From contig NIVC01000587.1 in NCBI GenBank assembly GCA_002269645.1, positions 1-64,000 of the forward strand: a DNA stretch of 64,000 nt, given 5' to 3'. Below are positions 39,759 to 51,579 of this stretch, in pieces (the first letter of the stretch is position 1; each line of letters begins with the position of its first letter). The notes under the pieces are model-generated. The model did not search any database. It worked only from the letters and a program-made list of their open reading frames with translations, and had not been told where the DNA came from. A program made the translations under genes and the position numbers. The stretch comes from Macrostomum lignano. Its lineage: Eukaryota.

Positions 39759-40203
39759 CACGGATGCTAGAATAATTAGATGGACCACTCAGGTATATAT
39801 ACGTAGTAAAATAGCCTTCTACTTTCAGTTCAGTAGCAAAGAAGAATGCATAAGCTTTTATATAAAATAAAGGCAGCTGAAATTATTTGATAAGTTTAGA
39901 AGCCCAAGCTTGCAGGCGTAAACAACTTGCTAATTGGTTCAGCAATAATGTACATTAGCCAGTCCACTGAAATGTACATGGCAGCTTTAGGCTGGAATTC
40001 CGAGGAAGACAATAAAAATTCGGTGGCGGGCGGGGTTGTGTGGAAAAGCTTCGTTGGATGGTTTAAGCTGGGGGTAAAAGCCAATAAATTGAGCCTTGGC
40101 CTTAAAAATACATTAAAATGCTTTTGTTTAACTTGCTACTGAATTGAAAGTAGCTTACACGCAAATGTGCTGAGTGACCCATTTAGTTATTTTAGTATCT
40201 TTG
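39759..40203. mobile_element. hAT-type MITE copy 3
   Basis: Homologous to copies 1 and 2. TSD GGACAGAC / AGACAGAC (7 of 8 match). Confidence 0.85.
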
Positions 40204-40390
40204 AGACAGACTCAAGTTTTGGGATTCGACAGTTGGGGAGGGGGTAGGAAAGTTGAAAGGCAATGTACATAACTGTGTCACTTCCAATGTACATGTGCAT
40301 GTGCTATTTTTAGAAGACACTGCTTGATTATCAGTCTAGATGGGGTGACTCAGCGGCCCGGATTGTGTGCAGTTAATTCAAGCCCAGTCT

Positions 40391-43300
40391 CTAAATGCTT
40401 TCGATGTCCTTGTAGTACTGCTCCAGGTCGGCCTTCAGCTTGCCAAGATTGTCCTTCTTCTGCTGGAGCTCCTCTGTGGTTATCGAGTTTATGAAATTAG
40501 CATTATAATTATAAAGTAAAGCATTTTTCGAGCTATGCTCAACTATGCTCAACGTTTGAGGTAGCAGAAGTTGGTAAGGCCGCACTGTTTACGTGTTAAA
40601 CTTCTATAATAAATTTGAATTTGTCCTCGATTTAGGAAGGGACAAATTGTTAAATGAAACACAACAGCCAAGCTACTATTGTAAACAATAGAGGAAAAGT
40701 ACATAACTACGAGGGGTGTTCCCGGAATGCATTTATGGTGAACGGCAGAATGTCAAAACGAGTTGAAATTCAAGCGAGCTAAATCGACCAGAAACGATTC
40801 AGGGCCAAGGATCAAAGGACGGCCGAATGGCACTTCAGTCTGGCAACACAGAATCGTTTAATAAAAACTTTTGCTGTTTTACCATTCAATACTCTCGTAG
40901 AATTGCAATGAGTTGTGGCTAAACATTTCACCTCATCCGGACATTCCTGCCGTTCACATGCAGTAAGCACAGTCAGGAGAATTTTGCAACACCCAATCGT
41001 ACTAACACTTTGACATCGACGCAAAAAAGAACTGATCTGGTTGTCAGCAATGCAATGCATGGATAGTGCTACTGTCTGTAAGTAGTATAGAACAAAAACA
41101 TTCAGCACAGACACAAGGATGGACAGTATTTTTTAACAGCTAGCTAGTACTACCAGTACTACTAAACAAAGAGCGGCATTAGTAGTAGTACAGTTAGGCC
41201 GCATATTTCACGGCCTGCAACAGTTGATCCAAGTCGCGTTTGAGTTTAGCCACCAGCTGGTGCTGCTGCTCAAGTCTGGCTGCAAATGCAAGGAAATTGT
41301 CGGAAAGTTTGCCAATGGAGGAATCTCTGAGAACAGAGCGATCGATTAGTCCATTGGTTCGTTGATAAGTGCAAAGCTCAACATATTTTTGCATAAGCAT
41401 GGGTGAACTCGCGAGTCTTTTAATGTGATTCATAAATTTATTCTAATTCTATAGAACTATTCTCTAAGCAGTAGATTATACGGTAAATAAGGTGGTACGG
41501 TTACAAAAATTTCTTCAAATGATATGCACGCCTGGATCCACCCAACCTACCTGGTTCCTCATGGGGTATCATCTACCTGTCACCCAATCTAGCTGGTTCC
41601 TCATGGGGTATCATCTACCTGTCACCCAATCTACCTGGTTCCTCATGGGGTATCATCTACCTGTCACCCAACCTACCCGGTTCTTCATGGGGTATCATCG
41701 CTACCTGTCACTCACCCAACTACCCGGTTCTTCATGGGGTATCATCTACCTGACACCCAACCTACCCGGTTCTTCATGGGGTATCATCTACCTGTCATCC
41801 AACCATCCAATCTGGTTCTTCATGGGGTATCATCTACCTGTCATCCAACCTACCCGGTTCTTCATGGGGTATCATCGCTACCTGTCATCCAACCTACCCG
41901 GTTCCTCATGGGGTATCATCGCTACCTGTCACTCACCCAACTACCCGGTTCTTCATGGGGTATCATCTACCTGACACCCAACCTACCCGGTTCTTCATGG
42001 GGTATCATCTACCTGTCATCCAACCATCCAATCTGGTTCTTCATGGGGTATCATCTACCTGTCATCCAACCTACCCGGTTCTTCATGGGGTATCATCGCT
42101 ACCTGTCATCCAACCTACCCGGTTCTTCATGGGGTATCATCTACCTGTCATCCAACCATCCAACCCTGTTCTTCAAACGGCCCACTAGCCTGCAAAAGCA
42201 CAGTACTCGGGTAGGTTTAAGAATTTTTGAGATTCAATTAAGAATATGATTTAATAGTCAACCTTAGTAAAAGGACGGCGAGAATTATTTAAAAGTAGAT
42301 TATCAAGTAATAACACCATATCATCAGTAGGTGAATCTAAAAAGTGCTAAAACTATAGCTATTGCAAGTGCAAACAAGGATATCAACAATACGGATCTGC
42401 AACCAGAATAAGTATGAACTAAAAATTGCCACGGCGGGGCGACTGAGAAATGACAACAAGATCGGTGCATTAGGAGCCGGATGACTGGACTGTGCATTCG
42501 AATAAAATAGCATCAACCGGTGTGCGACACGATGCAGACTGTCTGCTAAACAGTGCAGTTGGTGCATGTGGAGTTCCCTACATCCGCAAAGGTGTCAATC
42601 AATCAATATAATACCTTCCAACTGTTCGTTCTCCACCTGGCGAGCAAATGCCGCCCTCTCAGCCGCCTCTCTGCGTCTCTCGCTCTGTTATTGCATTTAA
42701 TTGAGTTCAAGCAGGCGCAGAATATTTTAGCAAACAACTGGCTACGGAAACACTTGGCTCTGTGCATTCATGACAAAGTACACGAAATAACAGTTCCCGC
42801 TTAGCCAATCGCTGATAGAAGAAGCATTATGTAAAAAACAAAAGAAGCGTCATTTAAAACATTTCAGAAGTGTCAAGTTAAAAAGAAACAAGAGTCATGT
42901 AAAACATAAAAGAAGCGTCATGTCGAACATGGAAGATTCATTTGGGAATTGCTACGATGTCAAGGCTTGGAGGGAATCACACTCGTGACAGGCTGTGTCA
43001 AGGCTTACGGTGGAAGAATTGCTGAGATGTCAAGGTTTTATGGTTACGGTTAGGGTTAGGTTTAGGGTTAGGGTTAGGATTAGGGGTATTGCTGAGACTT
43101 CTAGGCTCACTGGGGGATTGTTGAGATGTCAAGGCTCATGGGGGAGTCGCTGAGATGTCAAGGCTTACAAGGGAAATTGCTGCGGTTATTGCAAGGAGAA
43201 GCTACATGTAGTTGATTAAAAAATTTGTATTCATTTCTTTGTTGGGCGCTGATTGCTAGTAGTCATTACGCTCGTACTGAAAGTCGAAAATCAATTTTTA

Positions 43301-46300
43301 ATAACATTAAAACAAATAAAAATATGTATGGCGTTTAATTAAATGTCAAATAGTAGCTTGGCTGCGTCTCAAACACTCTAATTTCAGTAGAAAGTAGTTA
43401 AAAGTATCGAATTTCTTGTAATAACCTATACAAAAGCCTTCCGCCATCCCGACGTTCAGACTCATATAAAGAGCTCTGCAGTGCCCTAACATGGATTTGT
43501 CGTTACCTTCGGTCTCGTCAATTTCTTTTTGCCGGTTGGCCGCCTCCCGCTCGGCGGACTCTGCCCTCTCCTCGGCCTTGAATTGCGCGCATGCAGGGGG
43601 CGTATCGTGTTGGTGATTTGCGCTGCTTGACACTATGCTCCAGATTTACACTCGTTAATAGGGTTGGTTAAATATATACAACGCGTAGGTAATTAAGGAA
43701 AGTTTAACAAAAAATTAATATATAAAATGTCGACTCTGCTAGAGCAAAATTGCTGAATCGTTTAAAACACCTGGAATTTTAAACAGCATTTGCAACCTAC
43801 CTGACTGGGTAAGCCTATTAGAGGTACTATTAGCTCATTAACTGCACCTAACTTAATGCGTGAGAGTGGCAAAGAGGCTTTAGCCAGCGCCAGCACCAAG
43901 GGGCGCCAGCACCAAGGGGCGCCAGCACCAAGGGGCGCCAGCACCAAGGGGCGCCAGCACCAAGGGGAGCCAGCACCAAGGGGCGCCAGCACCAAGGGGC
44001 GCCAGCACCAAGGGGCGCCAGCACCAAGGGGCGCCAGCACCAAGGGGCGCCAGCACCAAGGGGCGCCAGCACCAAGGGGCGCCAGCACCAAGGGGCGCCA
44101 GCACCAAGGGGCGCCAGCACCAAGGGGCGCCAGCACCAAGGGGCGCCAGCACCAAGGGGCGCCAGCACCAAGGGGCGCCAGCACCAAGGGGCGCCAGCAC
44201 CAAGGGGCGCCAGCACCAAGGGGCGCCAGCACCAAGGGGCGCCAGCACCAAGGGGCGCCAGCACCAAGGGGCGCCAGCACCAAGGGGCGCCAGCACCAAG
44301 GGGCGCCAGCACCAAGGGGCGCCAGCACCAAGGGGCGCCAGCACCAAGGGGCGCCAGCACCAAGGGGCGCCAGCACCAAGGGGCTTTACCCCCTAGCCAT
44401 TAAACTCTAAAACCTGAGTAGGTAATACGATCGCGTCCCCTGAACCGATGCAAAAGTCAGGTAAGTAACCAAGCGCTCACCTCTTTCAGCTTCAGAGTGA
44501 GATCCATGATGAGCTTCTCGTTGCTTTCTTCCTTCTGGACTGACTGTGAAAGGAATTGGTTGAGGGTAGAATGGCGGAATTAGAGATCGCTCTGTCCTGA
44601 AAATAAATTTTCTTACTCACATGGCGGTAAAAAGCTCTTGCAAGGCATGCAAGGTTAAACAAAACAAAGAATGATAATCCTCTTTGAACTTGATCGCATG
44701 CTTTCGCAGAAATGGGATTTTAACATGAAATTTGCTGAACTTGGCTTGCAGATGCATGGACTGCGTGGCCGAATCGCTATTTTTAGCTTTCAAGCTTAAA
44801 TCACTTCAATTGAATCACTGATCCCAATGCAATGCAGTTCGTACATGCACAGGCAAATACAATTGATCCCCTATTCTCGATGTAGATTAGCAATCCATCT
44901 GATCCCTAATCCTCTGGATAGATTAGCAATTCATCTGATTCCCTAATCCCCAGGGTAGATTAGCAATCCATTAGATCCCTTAATCCCCAGGGTGATTAGC
45001 ATTCCATCTGATCCCCTAATCCTCTGGATAGATTAACAATCCATCTGATGCCCTAATCCTCTGGATAGATTAGCAATCCATCTGATCCCCTAATCCTCAG
45101 GATAGATTAGCAATCCATCTGATCCCCTAATCTTCAGGATAGATTAGCAATAAATCTGATCCCCTAATACTCATGATAGATTAGCAATCCATCTGATCCC
45201 CTAATCCTCAGAATAGATTAGCAATCCATCTGATGCCCTAATCCTCTGGATAGATTAGCAATCCATCTGATCCCCTAATCCTCAGGATAGATTAGCAATC
45301 CATCTGATCCCCTAATCCTCAGGATAGATTAGCAATCCATCTGATCCCTTAATCCCCAGGGTGATTAGCAATCCATCTGATCCCTTAATCCCCAGGGTGA
45401 TTAACATTCCATCTGATCCCCTAATCTTCAGGATAGATTAGCAATCCATCTGATCCCCTAATCCTCAGTAAAGATTAGCAATCCATCTGATCTCCTGATC
45501 CTCAGGATAGATTAGCAATCCATCTGATCCCCTAATCCTCAGGATAGATTAGCAATCCATCTGATCCCCTAATCCTCAGGATAGATTAGCAATCTATCTG
45601 ATCCCCTAATCCTCAGGATAGATTAGCAATCCATCTGATCCCCTAATCCTCAGGATAGATTAGCAATCCATCTGATCCCCTAATCCTCAGGATAGATTAG
45701 CAATCCATCTGATCCCCTAATCCTCATGATAGATTAGCAATCTATCTGATCCCCTAATCCTCAGGATAGATTAGCAATCTATCTGATCCCCTAATCCTCA
45801 TGATAGATTAGCAATCTATCTGATCCCCTAATCCTCAGGATAGATTAGCAATCCATCTGATTTTCCAATCCACGTATCACCAGAAGAGGCTAAGTACAGC
45901 AGACTACGAGACCCATGTCATGCAGGTGTTCTCAACTGCAAAAGCGATGAGCTCCAATCCACTACAAAACTGAGAATTTTTCCCACCGTTGATGCCGCAC
46001 GCAGGCGACTGGAGGCCGCCAGCTGCTCCGAGATTTCACGCGATCCCAGCCGAATCCCGGCTGCCCGGAGCGCCTCTTCCAGTTCGAGCACCTTGCTGGA
46101 TCAAGTTTAGGCCGGAGAGCAAACAGGGAGAGGCTGAGTCAGGGATATTTAACAGTGACAAGCTGTACACAGGCACCCTGAGTGTACAGCGGCCCAGACT
46201 TTCTAATCGTCAGGCATGTACACTCTGTGTTCATCACACGACAACCCAACCTAGGGGTAAAAAATTAACAATAATAAGCTTGAGCGAAACAAAACCGAAA

Positions 46301-48707
46301 CGCCTCTTCAAGCCTGCCGCTCTGCTGCCAAAGCATGCGATGCAAGCATTTTATTAGTTATAATAAATACTTCTAACTGGCTTAAAGCATTTCCAAACCT
46401 TTGCCTCGCTGATCTCTAACGATTTCAAATGAATAGTGACCAGGTTCAGCTCGTCCCGGAGCTCTTTGACCTTCTTCTCGGCCGCGTCCGAGCGATCCTC
46501 TGCCTTGGCCAGCTGCTCTTCGGCCAGTTGAAGCTTTCTTCGAACCTTAATAACGACAAGTCGGTCGGCCCAGGTGGCCAAGATTGTTAGTAAATTGTGT
46601 GCAGAGCAGCAGCGCACTGGAGCAAAATCAATTGTCAGAAATGCAGGCATGGATGTCACCTAGCTAAACATAGGCTTAGACTGCTGATAGTGTAGTACTC
46701 GGCTGCAAGGGCAAGCGTAGTTACGCTGTCACCATAGCAACAGCAATAATTGCAAGATGATTTTGGGCACTACACTACACTAAGGCATGTACATCTCTGT
46801 GCCTTGTGAATCGCACCACAATTCACCGGCCAATTTTATGACAGGCCCAAATGAATGTGGCCAAGAAGTTCGGATTTCTTAAAGAAAACGGGCATTTAGG
46901 CAGAGGCAGCGATCGTCAGCGTGCTAAAAAACTGAAGCAATTGAAGCAATGGATAGAGCGTAAATGAGTGCAACAGCTACTTTAATTCAAGCATTTTCTC
47001 TGATACCTGTCTAAAACAGCCTTATTCAACAGTCAGGGAGTATGAACTGCAAATCAATCTGGAACATGCAGCAACCCGCATGCCAAATCCAGATATTGCA
47101 ACACTCTAGAAAGGCAACCTGTCAGCAAAACTGAAGCGGCAATTATCGCTCTCCGCTGTTGCTGCTGCTGCCTCGCTTAGCAACGGTTGCTGGGGCTGGG
47201 TCTCGTCGGGGGGCAGGCGACTGCGTCGTTTCAGCCTATAGCGCACACAATTCGGGACGGCAAAGTTTGCTTTGAATCTGACTGTAGCCTGCATGCCTAC
47301 AGACATTTAGAATAAACAATAAATATGCAGCACGCGCGGAAGCGCGCTTCAGTGAGCGCATCTTAGATTGTAATTAATAAAACAAAACAGGGCGGAGATT
47401 TGAATTACTAGATGTCCAAGAAATCATTTAGCAACTAAGTAACTAAGATATTTGCTAGCTAAATAGGTGAAAGGTAAAATTAATAAAAAATCCCACTATA
47501 ACAGAGATAAGCCGTCATCACCTCCTCCAGATTGGTCTCTGCGTCGCTAGCAGCGTCTGTGGCCTCGTTGACAAGCTGCTCCAGCTGGTTGATCCGGCTG
47601 TCATCAATGTTCTGCCGATTTTCCAGCACTTTGCGAGCCCTGTTTATTATTATTACTGTTATTAATCATACTGCGTGCATGCATGAGCGCCTAAGTGAAA
47701 CAGGCTTGGCAGGTGGATGCTAATGCCAAAAGTAAAGTTATCTCAATTTCAAAGCACATGTTTTCAAAAAACCTATTCCTCAACTAAATTAACAAATTAG
47801 AATTATTGGACAACATAAATTTTTTTACCAAAATGATATTTTAAAAAAAAATTTCCTCTGACTTCAAACTTTTCATTTTGATGAATTTGATGGTATAAAA
47901 ACTAAAATTGAGAATAGGTAATGCATGACTGCTTATATAATTTTTAATACAAAAAAGTTTAAAAATGCAAAAATATATTCAGACATTAGGTGTATGTGGA
48001 TAACATAAAAAATAGATTTATATATTTACTTGCTAAAATAGAAAAAAATAATTATCATAACAATAAGTTATTCAATTAAGTTTTTAGAATAGGTATTAAT
48101 ATTTACCTTTCACTTTCTTCTGCTGTCTTGTTTGCTTCTTGAAGCTTCTGATTGGTATCGTTCAATCGACCTTCAGTCTGTTCAAGCTCATCTTCTAGAA
48201 GCTGAATTCTTCTAGCAAGACTTTGGACTTCTGTCTCTGCCTAGAAAAATTGATAAAAAACATGTTTATAATTAATATTTTACCATTTGAAAAACACTTT
48301 AAAGGGAAGAAAATACAACTAAATGTTAATTTATGTGTAATAAAGTTGTTCAATACACTTAAATATAAAGTTATTTTGCTAAGAAAAAAGTTAACGTCAT
48401 AAAGGTGAGAATAAATATTTGCTGAAATGAAAAACTAGAGATCTAACAGCCACAGATAGCCGATAAGCACAGTCAAATATTTTATACTATAGTAAAATGA
48501 GGTAAAATGGATGAGCTAATAGAAACATGCATTGTTTTGCAAAATTGCAGTAATTACCGAGTTGCGAAGCTCAACTTCCATCTTTAATTCTTCCTCTTTA
48601 CGCTCAAGTTCATCAGTGACTTTGTCCAAATCGTTTTTTAGGCCTTGCATTTTTTGTTTTAAAACAGACAAAACACCTTGTGTTTGGTTGTTCTTCTCGG
48701 CCGCCAT
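40391..48707 (-). CDS. Tropomyosin, short (low-molecular-weight) isoform, ~254 aa
   Basis: Exons 48707-48558, 48240-48107 (134 nt), 47639-47522 (118), 46545-46399 (147), 44543-44481 (63), 43576-43507 (70), 40473-40391 (83). These sizes equal the canonical tropomyosin exons 3, 4, 5+6, 7, 8 and 9. Sequences include AETEVQSLARRIQLLEDELE, ARKVLENR and AEERAESAERE. Confidence 0.93.
41194..41279 (-). CDS. Alternative terminal tropomyosin exon 9
   Basis: TTGCAG acceptor, phase 1. Encodes heptad-like ARLEQQHQLVAKLKRDLDQLLQAVKYAA* (86 nt), parallel to exon 40473-40391. Confidence 0.7.
41538..42170. repeat. 42-bp minisatellite ACCTACCCGGTTCTTCATGGGGTATCATCTACCTGTCATCCA
   Basis: About 14 copies with 3-4 bp indel variants. 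Confidence 0.93.
42615..42684 (-). CDS. Alternative (duplicated) tropomyosin exon 8
   Basis: 70 nt, AG acceptor and GT donor, phase 0 to 1. Encodes SERRREAAERAAFARQVENEQLE, homologous to AEERAESAEREAANRQKEIDETE at 43576-43507. Confidence 0.75.
43044..43085 (+). repeat. Short interstitial (TTAGGG)n-like tract
   Basis: 7 hexamers: TTACGG TTAGGG TTAGGT TTAGGG TTAGGG TTAGGA TTAGGG. Confidence 0.7.
43885..44383. repeat. 16-bp GC-rich minisatellite GGCGCCAGCACCAAGG
   Basis: About 31 near-perfect copies. Confidence 0.96.
44865..45865. repeat. 37-bp minisatellite GATAGATTAGCAATCCATCTGATCCCCTAATCCTCAG
   Basis: About 27 copies. Confidence 0.95.
47106..47288 (-). CDS. Candidate alternative terminal exon after tropomyosin exon 4 (low-complexity tail)
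   Basis: GC-rich island in an AT-rich intron. A CAG acceptor in phase 0 gives ATVRF...RRSRLPPDETQPQQPLLSEAAAATAESDN...PF* (60 aa). ATTAAA lies about 120 nt downstream. Alternative acceptors at 47235 and 47296 give other short tails. Confidence 0.35.
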   Translation of the reverse strand, partial: ATVRFKANFAVPNCVRYRLKRRSRLPPDETQPQQPLLSEAAAATAESDNCRFSFADRLPF

Positions 48708-49277
48708 ATTGTTCTTTTTATATTTTGGTATTGGATATGAAAGCTAATAGCGTTTGTATGTGAAAATGCAGGGTATATGTACAATGTACTGTTCAGCCAG
48801 TACAAAAAATGAAGGAACACGTGTGAAGTTAAATCGACGCCGGTTTATATAAATAAACAAATCATAACAATCATAACAGATAACTACGATATTTTAGCAA
48901 CCAATTATGAACATCGTTTAAGTGCTGCTGGTTTTTTAAAGACGTATTTGTTGTCTATAAGTACAAATCTAATTATTTTGTTATTCAATTCTATAACACA
49001 TTCTCATATTTGTTTTTTCATTCTACACGCACCAGAATTCCTATCCAGATAATGAACTAGCACTTAAAACTCATCTAAATGTATGAAAATACGTACATGT
49101 AGTTTTCATTTTTCTGAATTTATCGCAACAGCCAACAAACAGGTACGATCGTTTATTAAGTTTTAATAACTATTTTTTCTACAGAAATAGTTGTTCGCCT
49201 GCTTGTGATCCATCAGTTAGGGTATTATTGTTTTCAGTACATGTACGTACGTTTATCATTACTAAATATTATCCTAC

Positions 49278-51579
49278 CTTTCGTAGCGATTGCGAAATCA
49301 TGTTTTGAATCTCGGCACCAATGATGGAAAACTTGATCATTGTGCTTGAGTTGAGATTTACTGCTGAAAGGCCGCGCATAATCACACCCTTCTCGTCCAC
49401 TTGACCCCTGGAGTCTGTGGACATTGTCGATGCAGTGTCGCTATCGGAACAGCTTCCATAGTCCGAGAACAATGGGTCTTTGCTGAGCAGATAGGCCAGA
49501 TCAGAAGCCGCTGAATCTCTGCGTTTTTCCCTCCAATTGTTGGCCCAATGTGCGCCCCCTGCCGCGCCTCCGTAGCTTGAGGCGCCAAGCGACTCCATTT
49601 TTTCTGGCGTCGACGGCGCTCCTTCTGGATCGGGCCGCTGCTGATTGCGCGGGCACAGCCGATCACCGCCACGACGTCGAGGCGGTCGACGCTTACGTTT
49701 GCTGCCGCCGCCAGCTGAAGAAGACGAGAACGGTGACGCATTGTGCGGCTTGAGTGACCGCCCGGTGGCGCTGGATGCCGACGGAGCAACCGAGACGCCC
49801 AAATCCGGCTGGCGCTGCTGTTGGCGATAGCAACGGTCGTAGTATTCCGGATCGAACGTTATCGTGAAGACCGAGTTGTCCGAGGTCACGTGACGTTGCA
49901 CTGGAGGCGGCGAGCGTCTAGAACGAGATCGAGCAGCGGCGACGGCTGCTGCTGCCGCTGCTGTAGCGCTGGGCGAATACGGCCGCTCAAACAGCTGCTG
50001 TTGTTGCTGCAGCAGCTGCTGCTGCAGTGGCAAACTGTTTGAATGGCGCTGTTTTCGATGCGGCGGCTGGTACAGAGATTGGCTGCTGTGATACTGCTGC
50101 TGCATCAGGCCTTCGACTTTAAAGCGGCTCTTGATGCCTCCGCTTGTCGACTGTTGGGCTCCGGAGCATCGCTGCTTCTGCTTCTCCTGGACGTGGGCCC
50201 AGTGTCGGTTAGAGGATTCGCGCGTCGAATTCGATGCAGCCGCAGCTGTGAGCGACGTCGAAGATGAAGATGGCGGCAGCGAGTTTGACGGAAGAAGGAA
50301 AAGAAATTTGTCCTCGGCTGGGCGCTAGAATTCGAATAGTGAAATCTGATTTGTCTGATCGATACTTGTCTGCCTAACGTACAGCTAAATGTACTTAACA
50401 ATCTAATGAATTTAAAATTAATGAGTTTCTTCATAATGAATTAAGAAACTTGAAGACAGAAAAGGTCAACAGACTTACTCGAACTTTCTCCGCCTCAGGC
50501 GCTCGATGATGCGACCGCTTCTCACGAGCCGAGTCGAACTGGCGATCGGATGAGGATCTGATCGAGGATGGCAGGAATGAGTAAAGACAGTTTGCATATT
50601 CAGTAGGCAATCCGCCAAGTCTCTGTCATCATAAGTTCACTGGATTTAAGGGCAACGCGGCGACATTGAATCAGCATTCAGCGACGACGTATTATGTACG
50701 AGTATACTTTCGAGATGAAATTGATACACAAGAAAAGTTATGTACTTTTTTACTGTAATCTTACCATGAGGCAGGGATTTTGACCGAAGTCAAAATGCCC
50801 TATACGAGCTGTACATGTAGGCCACAAATAAACCCAGATGCTCATTTAAACAATTGGACATTTTATTACACCTGCTCTAATGGCAGATGTGCAACCGATA
50901 GCTCAGCCGCAGCTATTGCGCGGCGCATCTGAAGGCTGCGTACGGCTGTTCAGTCCAAGGACTGGGGGGTCGCCACACACACCCTCAATTACCCCAGTTA
51001 ATGCTGGCACCCATTTTACAGCTGGGTGAACTGAAGCAATGCAGAGCTAAGTGTCTTGCTCAAGGACACGTTCCGGACAAGTTCTCGTTCCGAATGGGTC
51101 GAGAACGAATCCCCGACATTTAAGTCGTGAATCCGACGCTAAGTCTAACCACTAGGCTGCAACCCCTATCCAATATTGGACTGCATTGAAAATGTTGTTA
51201 TCCAATATAGTCCCATATTTTACGCTTTGATCTTGGTTTATTTAAAAATAACGACAACCATCGTGAAACAATGCATTTTTTTATACGCGTAAGCAAAACG
51301 GATTTTTACGGGGGGTTACGTGTTTTCGTGACGCCATTATTTGAGAAGGCCCTTGAAGCACTATTTGCACCTATATTTACCTGTGGGAATCTTTTAGCGA
51401 ACACCAGCTTTAAGGGCTCCAAAGCAGTAACGGGTCGCATCCGGGTTGTCTGCTAGCACTTTTAATTGTGAATGACCAGGAATATCCCTCCCAACAGGCT
51501 TAACTCACCTTCCAAGAGCGCCATCCTTGTCCAACTTGACCGTCAGTATCTTCCTGACGGTTGGCTGCTGGTGATCCAT
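49278..51579 (-). CDS. Alternative 5' exons of tropomyosin encoding a ~399-aa low-complexity head (Tm1-I/C-like long isoform)
   Basis: Exons 51579-51509 (ATG to GTGAGT donor, phase 2), 50557-50479 (phase 2 to 0, GTAAGT donor) and 50324-49278 (349 open codons, GTAGG donor, phase 0). These join exon 48240 in frame: ...IKFSIIGAEIQNMISQSLRK|AETEVQSLARRIQLL. Confidence 0.75.
50850..51166 (-). mobile_element. tRNA-derived SINE with CORE/Meta-like central domain, near full length
   Basis: Head GGGGTTGCAGCCTAGTGGTTAG (box A-like) with a degenerate box B. Core GTGTCCTTGAGCAAGACACTTAGCTCTGCATTGCTTCAGTTCACCCAGCTGTAAAATGGG. Two further copies in the window. The 3' boundary is approximate. Confidence 0.75.

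Noticed and set aside
40708-40721. TACGAGGGGTGTTC resembling a mariner TIR start
   Set aside because: No matching right TIR or transposase remnant was found.
51090-51166. tRNA-like sequence (also 55869-55930)
   Set aside because: It does not fold into a cloverleaf and continues into a shared SINE body, so it was called a SINE head.
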